The notes beneath the pieces are model-generated. The model made no database searches. It was not told where the DNA came from and saw only the letters and a program-made list of their open reading frames with translations. From NCBI GenBank assembly GCA_973851085.1, contig OZ316776.1:14756001-14820000 (forward strand): a DNA stretch of 64,000 bases. The letters are read 5' to 3'. This DNA is from Ptychomitrium polyphyllum (taxonomy: Eukaryota). The position numbers were made by a program, and so were the translations under genes. The stretch's first letter is position 1; the number at the start of each line of letters is the position of its first letter. Below are positions 9,948 to 22,915 of this stretch, piece by piece.

Positions 9948-12348
9948 ATGATGAATGATATCTTCCATGAACATTTGGACAATTTTGTAGTCATCTACTT
10001 GGATGACATTTTGATATATTTAAAGGATGAACAAGACTACAAATGTCATGTACGACTGGTTTTAGAAAAAAACTATGCCAGCGAGGATTATATGCCAAAT
10101 TGGAGAAGTATCTTTTCCATGAATCATCGGTTGAATTTTTAGGCTACATCATTTCCAAAGGAGGAATCCATATGGATAAAAAGAAAATAAACACTGTCAT
10201 GGAGTGGAGTACGCCAAGATCAATTCAAGATGTTCAATGCTTCATGGGATTTGCAAACTTCTACAGGATATTCATCAAGGATTATTCCAAGATTGTAGCA
10301 CCATTAACACGTCTTACGGGGAAGCAAAAATTCACTTGGAATGAAGAGGCGGAAAAAGCATTTCAAAGTCTTAAGAAGTCATTCACGTCGGCTCCAATCT
10401 TTATTCATCAAAATCCATCAAAGCCTTTTTATTTGGAAGCGGATGCCTCAGATTTTGCACTCCGCTCAGTACTCTCACAATATGATGAAGACGGGAGACT
10501 TCACCCTCTTGCCTTTTGTTCAAGGAGGTTCTCAGCGGTAGAGATCAATTATGATATCTATGATAAAGAACTACTTGTAGTTGTGGATGTATTTGAAGAA
10601 TGGCGACACTTGTTGGAAGGAGCTCAACATACCATTACAATATACACAGACCACAAGAACTTGGAGTATTTCATGAGTGTGCGTGTTTTGAATCGTCGTC
10701 AAACAAGGTGGAGTATGTCGCTTTCCAGATTTGACTTTGTCATTACCTATCGACCTGGTAGCCTACAAGGTAAGCCAGATGCCTTTGTGCAAAGATCTTA
10801 ATTAGCCCCTCAACATGGAGATGATATTTTGGATCAACAAGGGACTATTTTATTGAAGCCAAAGAATTTTCAATTGAAAGCAGTGATTATTACTACAACA
10901 TCCCATCTTGACGAAATTCATAAGGCTTTGAAGAATAATATCTTTGTCTAAAATATGAAGAAGCGCCTCAAAGACAATCGAGATCCTTCAAATAGCGATG
11001 AGGACTTTGAATTCTAAGAGGGCCTACTTTATTATAAAAGACTTTTGTACCTACTTCTAGGCCCTTTGCGGTTGAAGGTCCTTCAAGCACGTCATGGTTT
11101 TCCAACTGCAGGACATTTTGGATTCAGTAAAACAATGGAGTTGATTGCTAGAGACTATTGGTGGCCACAAATGTGGAAGTACGTGAAGGACTTTATTCCA
11201 TCATGCAACACTTGTACAAGTGCCAAGGTGCCAAGACACCAACCTCATGGTCTCCTCCATCCGCTTCCAGTGCCAAAGGGTCCATGGTTGTCTTTGTCGA
11301 TGGATTTTATCACGGACCTTCCAAACTCCGATTCTAAGGATTCTATTTTGGTAGTGGTGGATCGATTTACCAAAATGGCACATTTCATTTCATGCAACAA
11401 GACGGTAACGGAAGAAGAAACTGCCAAGTTGTTCCTAAATCACGTCTATCGCATACATGAACTACCAGATGATATTGTATCCGATGGGGGCCGCAATTCA
11501 TTTCCAACTTTTGGAGGGCCCTATTCCAGCTGTTGTGTGTAAAGATCAATCTTTTTTCAGCACACCATCCGCAAACTGATGGCCAAACCGAACGCGTGAA
11601 TCAAATTTTGGAACAGTACCTTCATTGTAGCATAAACTACCAGCAAGACAACTGGATGGACCTCTTGCCTTTGACAGAGTTTGCTTACAAAAATACGGTG
11701 CATTCTTCAACAACTCAAAGTCCATTCTTTGCAAACTATGGCCATCATCCTCGAGCAGATCCATTTCAAGTGGAGCATGTTGGAAGTCTTGCAGCAAAGG
11801 ATTTTGCAATTCAACTTGCTAAAATCCATCAAGAAATTACCTTCCAGTTACAACAAGCTCAAGATCGTTATAAAACTTATGCAGATCGCCATCGAAAGGA
11901 CCATCTAAAGTTCAAGGTTGGAGATAGCGTATGGCTCCTACGACGAAATATACAAACAAAAAAACCATCAAAGAAGTTGGACTATCAAAGATTGGGACCG
12001 TTTGAAATCAACAAACAGATAAATCCGGTTAGTTATCGCCTAAAGCTACCACCAAGCATGCAAATTCATCTAGTATTCCACATATCGTTGTTGGAAACCT
12101 ATAACAAATCATGTATACTAGAGAGAATTGCCCCTCCGCCTCCTCTGTTGGAAATCAATAATGAAATTGAATATGAAGTGGAAGAGATCTTAGATTCACG
12201 CATCAAGAACGGACGTGTGGAGTATTTTATATATTGGCAAAGATATGGCATCAATGACCGAATATGGGAACCTTCAACGAATGTAACAAATGCATCCGAG
12301 AAGGTACGCAAATTTCATCAAAGATATCCTCAGAAACCAGGTCAGTGA
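9948..12348 (+). pseudogene. pol: Second, inverted family-A pol copy (RT core to chromodomain), frameshifted
   Basis: ORFs 9948-10142, 10043-10801, 11045-11542 and 11533-12348 closely match the minus-strand pol. Confidence 0.92.
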
Positions 12349-12488
12349 TGATGTGTCATTAATAGCCGTTAGCTTCACCGAGAAGTTTTTCCTTCATAGA
12401 TAAGTATAAGAAGGGAGGAGAGATTTCCAAACCTTCAATTGTATGCAGTATTATTTCCAAGATAGATCATTTTTAGATCCTAGTTAGT

Positions 12489-12947
12489 ATGTCAAATCTT
12501 CGTGTTATCATGGATATACATGAAGAGCAATCGGCCATGCCTTGATCAACAACAACATCTGTTGAGCCAACTCAACTTTCTCAGCTTTTAATAACGGAGG
12601 ATCTAAGTCAAGATATGAGAGGGACATCCCAACGTCGAGCACAACCTCGTGCAGAAGTATTGGCGAGTCGCCCTTTACATTCCAGTCTTGATTTAGATGC
12701 TCATGCTCTAGTCATCTTGTTAGAAATTGGAAGGGTCACTCCTGGAGGACCCGAGATCTTATTTGGAGGATGTTTTGAAGGACTTAATCAAGATCAGATC
12801 TTGGAATGGGACATTTCAACAACAAAAGTCTTGACTGGTGGTCATCGGCGTTTCTTGCAAGGACCAGTTGAATTAATGAATAAAGAAGAACGAGCAGAGT
12901 ATGTTGCTTCACTCCTTCGACAAATTTTGGAATTTGTAGAAATGTGA
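12489..12947 (+). pseudogene. Second copy of family-A ORF3 (internal TGA at 12543)
   Basis: Same 459-nt length as 5875-6333; ORF 12615-12947 is nearly identical in protein. Confidence 0.7.
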
Positions 12948-13002
12948 CAAGCAAGCCAAGAAAACAACTCCTCATGCGACTCGTTGCTAAATGGGGAGGT
13001 GA

Positions 13003-13640
13003 CGTCACGGACATAGATCATGCAACATAGTCCTTAGAACATTCTAGAACCTTCTAGTATATTATAATAGCTTATTAGAATACTTTTAAATGTCTCCATA
13101 GCCTGTTTTTTGTTTTTAGGAAGCTTCCTAGGAAAGTTCTTCCACCTTAGGAAACTTCCTAGGAAGGCTCCATCATCTTAGGTAACTTCTTAGAAAAATT
13201 CGTACAAAGATTCCATCACCTTAAGAAACTTCCTTGGAAGGTTCCGTCATCTTAGAAAACTTCTTAGGAAGGTTCTAGCTCTTTAAGAAACTTCCTAAGA
13301 ATGTTCTCTTACCTTAGAAAATTTTCCAAGGAAGGTTCTAACTTCTTGGAAGTTTCTTAGGAAAGTTCCAATATCTTAGGAAACTTCTTAGGAAGGTTTT
13401 CCAGACTTCTAGAACATTCTTAAGCCATGTAGGAAGCTTCTTTAGAAGTATCGTAGGAGATACAAACGTCATAGTATAAATAAGAGGCAAGATAAGGTAT
13501 GTCTTAGTTTTGCCAATACAAGTGTGGATCATCTTGAATCCTGCTTTATTCTAGTCTTTGTATCAAGTTTTTGTTATTTATGAGCTCCTTGGAAGCTAAT
13601 TTTTGGGAAATACTTCGGTTTTGCTTCTTATTTTTTGGGG
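13003..13640 (+). repeat. Family-A 3' LTR (PPT ends 13002); 3' end degraded
   Basis: ggggaggtga PPT followed by CGTCACGGACATAG (TG>CG), U3 repeats, TATAAATA near 13475. Confidence 0.85.
13037..13054. promoter_or_regulatory. Perfect four-unit heat-shock element in LTR U3 (also 5768-5785 and 22864-22881)
   Basis: GAAcaTTCtaGAAccTTC = alternating nGAAn units. Confidence 0.6.
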
Positions 13641-16600
13641 TTTAGTTGAATTCAAAATATCAAGAATAAAAGGGTCCTTTATAGATGCCACATGAACTTG
13701 GTCAAAAAACATTAAATTGACCAGAATTGAAATAGTAGTTGTGCATACATAAAATTGTTTAGGTTCAACCAAGTTGCTTGTTATTGGTTGTATGTTGCCT
13801 ATCCCTCCTTTGGCACAAGACATGATTCCCTTGGCAAAGCATTCGATAATCCTTGCTATTTTCCGGGTCAATATGTGATGCAAAAATCAAATCAAGATAG
13901 AAACATACTCCGATGAGCTTAGCGGCGATTCAAAATACGGGCTAATATGAAATATTCCAAGTTCTTGTGGTATATATATATAATAATTGGATACGCAACA
14001 CCCTCAAGTAAATGACGTCATTGTTGAAAGGAATCCATAATTGCAAGGAATTCCTTATTGTGGATCTTGTAGTTGATTTCTAGCACTGAAAATTTTCTGG
14101 AATGGAATGCAATTGGATGGAGTATCTTTTTTCCTCCTATTTGTGACAAAACTGCTCTTAGTGCAAAAATTGGAAGCATCAGTTTTACAATAAAGTTGCT
14201 TTGAAAAGTCCAGATGAACCAAAATAGGAGTTGTGGTAAAGGCTCGCTTCAAACTTTGGAATGCATCTTTAGCATCAAATCCCCACTCAAGCTTTTGCTT
14301 GCATGTTAGTTGCGTAAGTGATGCAGCTATTTGAAAATGATCCTTTATGAACATCCTATAGAAGTTTGCAAATTCAAGAAAACATTGGATATCACGTACC
14401 AATTTTGGCCTTGTCCAATCAATGATTGCTTTGATTTTCTTTGGATCCATCAATGGTCCTCTATTGGATATAATATAACCAAGTAATTTCATTTGAGGTT
14501 AATAGAGTATATATTTCTATAGCTTCGCATATAAATTGGCATCTTGTAGCTTTTGTAAGACTATGCAAAAATATTGTTCATATTCTTTTAGATTCTTTGA
14601 GTAGATCAAGATATCATCCAAATAATATTAAATAAAATCATTGGAACACTTCCAAAATATGTCATTCATTAAGTGCTGAAAAATGGCGAGTGTATTGGTA
14701 AGTCTAAAAGGCATGACATTGTATTCAAAACGTCTATATTTTGTTCAAAAAGCAATCTTCTTTTTGTCTCCTTCTTTAATGCGCACCAAATTGTAGGCTC
14801 CTTGCAAGTCTATTTTGGTATAGATCTTTGCTTGACCAGGTTGATCAAGAAGTCTTGATATCAGCGGCAATGGTTATCGGTTCTTCACCTTCATTTTGTT
14901 GAGGCCGCGGTAATTGACATTCATTTATAAAGATTCATCTTTTTTTTTTACAAAAGATATTGGAGCACTAGCATGAAACTTTGAATGTTGAATGAAGTTC
15001 TTAGCTAAGTTTTCATCACTATAATTCCTTATTAATGAAAGCTTGTTTTGAGATAAATTATAGATAGGTCAAAATGGTAGCTAGGCGCCATCTTAGAAGT
15101 CTATGGCATAGTTGTAGAAACGATGTTCTAGTAGGGTATTTGCATTTTTCTTTTCAAATACATCATTGAACTTCTTATACTTTTTTGGAATGGTTGAGGA
15201 TGAAGCTACAACTTTGGACATTGGAGTTGCATATACAACAAAAGATACACCGGTCGTTGCTGCTCTTATAAATACTCTAGCTCCAATAAAGAAATGCTTT
15301 ATGGTTTTAGATTTATAAGATGCTTGAGCTTCCTTTGTATGCTTAGTATTTTCAAGTTTTAATGATGGAAATTTTATTTTGCGGGATATCCAATTTATTG
15401 GCGGGTTGTACTTTTTGAGCTAAGAAAGCTCTAGAATGATGGAACTTGATGGAGATTTAATGCCATTAAATATCAATTGATCACTATGATTGTCCAATGT
15501 TACTGTTAATGGATTGGTTTCATGAATAACATCTCTAGAAGATAATGGTCGACCATATATGACCTCTACATAGATAAGTTTGGATTTTCTAATAAAAAAG
15601 CTTATGGATTTTCAAAAATTCTTTGTCAATAAAATAAGCAGAGGTTCTTGAATCTATTAGAGCAAGGCTTTTGAGATTCTGAACACTTTAAACTAAGAAG
15701 TATAATAAAATAAAAGGAAAGGTGAGCTGATAGAAAACGACTTTTTATTTCTTGCAAAGGAAATGGATTTAGCCGCATTGTCTCTAATATGGCAAGACGT
15801 CCTTATTTTTCTGCAAAATTTTCGGCATTGTGGTTGTACCTTTCATCCAATATGTATGAAAAGGTTTCTCTAAGTAATTATCAACCTTGTGGCCAGGTTT
15901 TCAATAATTCAAATACAAGCCTTGCTTTCTTTGTTGCTTCTTCTCATGTTTAATAAAGGGCTTGCAGCAAACCGCTTCAATCTGCATGGCTTTTGCTCCC
16001 AAATAGTATTTAGAGGTAAACGAGACCAAAGCTACTAAAGAGTTGATATATGGCCAAGGCATAATTAAAGTCTGTTTATCTTATCGACGTTGAAATAGAC
16101 AATTATTGCACTTCAAAGCTTGATTGATGGCCTCATCAAGTGTTTTGGAGTCTAGCATGGATAGTAATAAATCCTTAAGCTCATCGCGTACGCTCCAATG
16201 AAATTGACTCATCAACGCTTTTTCTCTCCAATTGATGTTGCATGCAAATTGTTGAAATTTTGATGCATAAACTCACATAGAATGTGGCCTTTGGCACAAG
16301 GCACAAATCTTAGTGGTTGCTAAAGAGAGCTTATTATGGTCACCAAATTCTTCTGTAAACGCGGCTAGGAACACATCAAAACTGCTAAGTATAAGAGAAT
16401 TCTTTTCAAAAAGTGATGCAAATCACAACAATATTTGTCTTGAGAGCAACGTTCCTACCAAACCAACGCGCAAAGCGTCTGTAAGATACTGTCAAAGTTG
16501 AAGCAAGATAACAAATTGAACTTGGTTTACAAGACCTCAAAATTTTGAATGCGTATTATTAAACTTCTCCGTAAGACTGATTCTTGGTTCTTTGGATATT

Positions 16601-17044
16601 CACATTGAATTCTTGGCTTGAACTTGTCCGTTTTCTATTAAATCAAGTAAAAACAATGAAGCATCTAAACTGACTTGGAATAGCAACTACGGTGATTCTG
16701 CTCTTTGACCATTATATATAGTTAAATATAGTTTTTTGTTTTTCTTGGATGAAGTCTTGGTATTAATCTTCAATGCTTCAAGGGCATTCATAATAGAATC
16801 CAACTTGGCTTCTTTTGAATCATTCATATTGACTTCTTCACCTCCTAACGTAGAAATAAAATAGGAATAGATAAAAATTGTAAATTATGCAAGAAACCAA
16901 AGAAAATTCAAGAAACAATATCAGTCCAAAGGAAAGTAATCTGCAACCTCAAGACTGCTGTAATATTTTAAAGAAAGAGTACTAATCCACTCTCTATCAA
17001 AAAAGGCCAAGCTCTTATATTGTTGTATAACAATCTTGACAAAC

Positions 17045-17398
17045 TATTATAGCTAACTACAAGACAAGGCTTCAAGATTCCAAGATGTGGAATAAGATAT
17101 GTCCAAGGTTTATTAGAGGTAAAGAGCTATAACAAGGTACAAAGATAAAATCAAAAGGTCTCAGCTAGATTACAAAAGATGCATTATTGAGACTGAAGAG
17201 CCTTTTAGCCTCGACTCCTATATACACTAGAAGTACAAGCCTTATGAGCTTCTTGGAAAGTTTCTACTACATTGCATTGTACTCAAGCAACCTTGAATTG
17301 TTTCCTTGGAAACTTCTTTAGCCGAGGAAACTTGCTTGGAGGCTGTCTAACCCTTCTAAGAACCTTTCTAGATGCTTCTGATATATATGTTCATAATA
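17045..17398 (-). repeat. 5' LTR of family-C element
   Basis: Homologous to 224-594; lies upstream of the minus-strand gag remnant. Confidence 0.8.
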
Positions 17399-18872
17399 GC
17401 GGCTACCAATAGTCAAAAGATATCAATTCTATTGTTTTATTGAATCCAAAATGCTCTACTGCTCAAAAATCGTGACGTGCTTGAAGGAGCTTCAATCACA
17501 TAGAACTTAAAGGTAGGTACAAAAGCCTTTTACAGTAAAGAAGGCCTTTTTTGAATTCAAAGCCCTCATTGCTATTTGAAAGATCTCCATTGTCTTTGAG
17601 GCACTTCTTTATATTTTAAACAAAAACATTATTCTTCAAGGCCCTCCAAATTTTGTCAAGATGGAATATTGTCGTGATATTTGCTACTTTCATTTGAAGA
17701 TTCTAAATATTTAATAATACTGTCCTTTGCTAATCCAAAACATCATCTCAAGATTGAAGAGCTAAATAAGATCTTTGAAATAAGGCATCTGGCTTCCCTT
17801 GTAAACTACCAAGTCAATAAATAATGACAAAGTCAAATCTGGAAAGTGACATACTCCACCTTACTTATCAACAATTCAAAAAGCGCACACTCATGAAGTA
17901 TTGCAAGGTCTTGTAATCTGTGTATATCGTAATGGTATGTTGAGCTCCGTCTAATAAGTGTCACCATTCTTCAAACACCTTCACAATTGCAAGTAACTCT
18001 TTATCATGTATATTATAGATGATTTTTGCCGCTAAAAACTTCTTTGAATAAAAAGCATTAGGATGGAATCTCCCGTCTTCATCATATTGTGAGAATACTG
18101 AGCTAAGCGCAAAATCTGAAGCATCCACTTCCAAATAGAAAGGCTTTGATGGATTTGGATGAATAAGGATTGGAGCCGATGTAAATGGCTTCTTAAAACC
18201 TTGAAATGTTTTTTCTGCCTCTTCATTCCAAATGAATTTTTGCTTCCCCGTAAGTCGTAACAATGGTGCTGCAATCTTGGAATAGTCCTTGATCAATATC
18301 TTGTAGAAGTTTGTAAATTCCAAGAAACATCAAACATTTCAAATTGATCTTTGTGTGCTCCACTCCATAATAATGCTCATTTTCTTCTCATCCATATGGA
18401 TTCTTCTTTTGGAAATGATGTAGCCTAAAAATTCAACTGAGGATTCATGGAAAAGGCACTTCTCTAGTTTGGCATATAATCCTCGCAGGCAAGGTTTTTC
18501 TAAGACCACTAGCACATGACATTCATGTTCTTCTTCTTTGTTTGAATATATCAAAATGTCATCCAAGTAAATGATTACAAAATCATCAAAGTGTTCATAG
18601 AAGATATCATTCACCATGTGTCGGAAGATTGTAAAGGCATTAGTAAGGCCAAAAGGTATGACATTCTATTCAAAATGCTCATATATGGATCGAAAGGCTA
18701 TCTCGCGTTTGCCTCCTTCTTTAATGCGTACAAGATTATAGGCTTTTCTAAAATCAATCTTTGTGATTATCTTTGCTTGGTTTAGTTGCTACAGGAATCT
18801 TGAGATTAATGGTAATAGATAGCAATTCTTCTTGGTTACTTTATTGAGGCCTTGATAGTCTACGCACATACA

Positions 18873-21564
18873 TTCTTGTAGAGAAAAAGCCTTGCTTTGA
18901 GAAAACACCGCGCTTCTAGCTGCTACTAATTCTTCAATAATTTGATAAGATGGTGTTATAATTGAAGTCAATTATGTGCAACAGTTTGTTTATCATACTT
19001 TACATACTTTGTAAAGTTCACAATCCAAATGCAAACTGTGACTATGTACTGCCTTCAAAATCTTGCTTACAAATTTGTCCATATTTCCTAATTTCAAAGT
19101 CTAATGGCTCTAGTATTTTTGCACTATGTGCTAAAGGCATGTGGAAAATCACATTAAGAGTTTCATAATCATAACCGTTATATTCATTAAGATACATGCA
19201 ATCATAGCTCTCATCCTTCTCACCACACTCCCCTCACTTTACCACCTTATAACTTCTATTGTTGTAATCCTCGTAATGCACCTTAGCAAGCGTCACGCGC
19301 GTCAACCCTGTACACCTCCACATGCACATGGTTAACCCCCATTCTCACTCTCCAAGTCCTTCTACCATTTCTCTTAGGACACCCAATTTATTAGTAGCCA
19401 ATGGTTAGGTGCGGACTTCCATTCATGTCCAAGGCCTCACTTGGTGTTACTCCCATTCCACACAGCCTAACCGCACTTAGTGGTGTCTCCTTACCACCAC
19501 TTATGATTTCCATGCGATCCTAACATCACCCCGGGCCATCATGGTGCCGGCATGAAGACACCACCTCAACTTAGTGGTAACAAGCGTGCCCTTTTGAACG
19601 TGCTAGTTTCCTCCGTGAAATCGGCCATCCATCGGCTTACAATGATATGGGAGTCCCCGTGGTGAAGCCCCAACACTAGCTCCACCAACCAGGACTCACC
19701 CTTGGTTCCTACCGAGACACTAGGGGAATAAGGAGGGGGACCACCCCTCCTCTATTGTACTCTCTGTGGGATTCGGCAGGCCCCCTGGTCCTTTGTAGCT
19801 GGCTGAACCCCGACACACCTAAAGTTTTGGAAGACCATCCGATCTCCCTTGGGACTTAGCCGCTGGAAGGCTCCGAAACTCCCTGCGAACATTCAAGGAG
19901 CCATATCTTCCTTGTAAGGTATTCAAATGTATTAAGCAATCACTTTATTATCATCTACTCTTTGAGTAGATGCCGATAGACTCATCAAACGTCCAATTTG
20001 AGTTAGTAGTCTGGAAGATATGCCTCTCTTAAGGTTCGGGACTCCCGGGGAGTCCCCCCTCTGGACTGTCCCAATCTAGTACAGTCACTGTGTAGGGCTG
20101 CCACAGTCCAAAACAGCCCCTTGGTGACCTCAACTTTGGGATGCCATAATTTTTAGCTCCCTTGTCCAATTTGAGCAAATCTTTAGCATTCTAGAATCAG
20201 CTCTTCGTGATTCCTCCAATGTCTACGATTTATTTCTTGTGGCCCTTGGTCTACATGGGCAAGGATGTTTCTCCCCCTAGGATCCTTCCCAAGCTAGGCT
20301 CACTTGGTTCTCCTCACTATTGGCGCCAGAAGTCCCGGACATCACTCCGGGATCCCCTTGTGCCCTTAGTGTTGTGGGCACTCTTCAAGGAGAGGTGCGC
20401 GACATCTATTCTACCATGAATCTAGATTCCAAAATTTGTACACACACAACTTATCTTATAATAAATATTTCGCCAATCTATCAACTTCAGAAACGACTTC
20501 AATCCTCTTTTATAGCCAAAATATATAATTCCAACTCTGTTGTATATTGCCGTCTAAAATCCGATTACATATTCTCTTATAGCTCCTACTACAAAAGCCT
20601 TTTTTCCTCAAATTCATGCATCGTACACCGTCATTTTAAAGTAGTTAGAATACTATCTTTCAAATTTCATTTTCAAAAACCGTTTGTACAAGTTATAAGC
20701 ACTCAAAGTTGTTGCTCTCAAAACTCAAGACAGCTAGATCAAGTTTATTCAAACTAGTGCCACGATCACATTACAATTCCAAATGGAGAGTGTGATGGCA
20801 TTCTGAAAATCCAAAAGAAAAAAGTCCAACAAAATTCAGTTCAAATAAGAAGTGTTTTGTGAGCTATCACCCAAAGAAAGGCTGCCTTTTTAATTTAGTG
20901 GGAGAGGCCAATAGAGAAAATAAGAGCAATGGTCAAACCCCCACATCTACCTCTTATCACTCTTTATTTTCTTTATGTCTCCACATCAGCCTCTAATCTC
21001 ATGTATCAAATCCTAAACTAATCATATCTTCAAATAAAAAACAACGTAAATCCTTTTCTTTCTTTTCTTTCTTTTGGTTAAAACTTCTAGATTCCAACTA
21101 CAAAGAAGATAAAATCAACCTTCACAAGTCTAAAATCAAAACTAAAGAACTAAAATAAATTAAAAAAAGTAGGGAAAAGATTGAAATTCAACAAGAAATA
21201 AATTAAGAATAAAACCATTGTCAAGGTAGATTCAAATACCAACTCATGAACTTGGTTGACTAGATAAGTTTCAATTGCTGAACCGCTCCAAGTTTGGTTC
21301 TTATCAAATTTGTTGAGTAGAACGGCAGCACTTGACTTGGTACTGCTAGCAAAAACGGCAGGCAGGAAAAATTATAGTTAACCGGCCTAATCATCCTGAG
21401 CTAAGATAAGATGCAATTCCACCTCCAAGATAAATAAAGATCGTGGTTTCACCACGACCTTTAATTTAATCTTATTTTTTTTTTTTCCTAATATTCTTTT
21501 TCAAATATACCAAATAACAAATACTACTCATATTTTAAATTATACAATTAAATATATCACGACA
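18873..21564 (-). mobile_element. Unrelated degenerate insertion (probable truncated LTR element), carrying the family-B solo LTR
   Basis: Separates RT from gag of the outer element; the right end reads TGTCGTGATA on the minus strand like an LTR start. No recognisable domain. Confidence 0.4.
19260..20404 (-). mobile_element. Family-B solo LTR with 5-bp TSD TCTAT
   Basis: TGT...ACA termini; TCTAT at 19255-19259 and 20405-20409; homologous to 2836-3980. Confidence 0.92.
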
Positions 21565-22500
21565 ACATTTCAACCTTTAGCATTGTGGATAACAAATCTT
21601 TCATTTTTTCTCTCATGTCCCATCGGAATTGTATGACCAAGGCCTTACCATTCCAATCAAGGTTGCAAGTTAGTTGTCAAAATTCTGCAGCATATGTAGT
21701 AGCCGAGCGTTGTCTTGGTTATAGACCTTGGATTCTTATTTCAACCATTCTTTCTCGTTTGGTGTCTCCAAAAGTAGATGTTAATGCTTCTATGAAAGCA
21801 TCTAAGTTGTTCAATAATGGTGATTGCTTCTTCATTAATGGTGCAAACCAAGATAGTGCATTGTTTGATAGAAGAGAAGCTACAAATTCCACTTAAATAG
21901 TATCATGAGGATAGCTAAATTGATACAAATTAAGGAAGAGCTTATTTGTTGAACAAAGGCTCTTAACTTTGATTTTAATCCATCAAACTTGACTGGCATG
22001 TTAATCTTTAGCTCAGCATGGTTTAAACATAAGCCTTCCCTTTCAATATTGGCCTCTCGCAATTAAACAACTTCTTGATGTTGACTTTGAATATTGCCAT
22101 TAGATTCTTCAGCTTGCCAAGTGTGCTCCTCTAAGTTATTGGTAATGTTGAAGCAAGCAGGTTCTGTTTGAATTGCATTTAATAACTGCTGAAGGTCTAC
22201 AATAGTTTCAAATTTATTCTTTAATGTTCTAGGTATATTATTCATTACTTTAGATTGTTAAAAACAAAAAGACTATAAATATCTTCAAAGGAGGACAATC
22301 CACGTTCTTTGAAAGCTTGATCCTTCTTCAAAAGAAATAATACTTGGTTTTAGAAGAAGAAACCAATTTTATGGTGTCAGCTTTGAGGAGGGTAATCCAC
22401 AACCTCTAAGACACTATGGGATCTTAAAGAAGATGGATAATCCACTATCTTTTTCAAAAAACCTTAACTTTGACAAAGATGAAGAGTAATCTTGTCAAAC

Positions 22501-22915
22501 TGTTAAAAACACAAGAAATAAGAAGTAGAAATGAAGTGTTTTTTAAGAATTAGCTTCTTTAGAACTAATGATTAACAAGAACTGATACAAAGACTAAAGC
22601 AAAATATGATACAATATGATCTACATCTTGTGTTGGCAAGACTAAGAAATACCTTGTCTTACCTCCTGTATATACTATGACGCTTGTATTTCTTAGAATA
22701 CTTCTAAAGAAGCTTCCTACAAGGCTTAAGAATGTTTTAGAAGTCTATAAAACCTTCTTTGGAAGTTTTTGGAAATAATAGAATTTTTAAGGAAATTTTT
22801 TAAAGAGGTGGAAACAACTATGGAGATATTTAAAGTATTTAAAGAAGCTATTATAATATATTAGAAGGTTCTAGAAGGTTCTAAAAACTATATTGCATGA
22901 TTAATGTCCGTGACA
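22501..22915 (-). repeat. Family-A 5' LTR (short U3 repeat array)
   Basis: TGT...ACA termini; decayed PBS at ~22488-22498; leader and gag downstream on the minus strand. Confidence 0.85.

Larger units (their letters stand above)
224..17398 (-). mobile_element. Family-C Ty3/gypsy chromovirus inserted into the outer element's integrase; itself interrupted (1765-~13645) and lacking most of the integrase core
   Basis: Two similar LTRs (224-594, ~17045-17398), PPT next to the left LTR, flanking pentamers GTGGC (219-223) / GCGGC (17399-17403), and degenerate gag, protease, RT, RNaseH at ~13650-16830 (e.g. ORF 14055-14492). Confidence 0.8.
1..22915 (-). mobile_element. Outer family-A Ty3/gypsy chromovirus, decayed and interrupted. 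Pieces: integrase 1-223; INT N-term/RNaseH/RT 17399-~18872; gag ~21565-22245; 5' LTR 22501-22915. 3' end lies left of the window.
   Basis: 1-223 and 17404 onward join into a continuous integrase sequence (cf. catttgtggc-caccaatagtc at 7650-7670). ORFs 17961-18323 and 18339-18617 carry RNaseH and RT (YLDD) motifs; 21880-22245 is gag-like. The LTR reads TGT...ACA and matches the other A LTRs. Confidence 0.85.

Noticed and set aside
18870..21569. ACATT on both sides of the unidentified insertion as a TSD
   Set aside because: The flanks (RT vs gag) are not contiguous in the host element, so it cannot be a true TSD.
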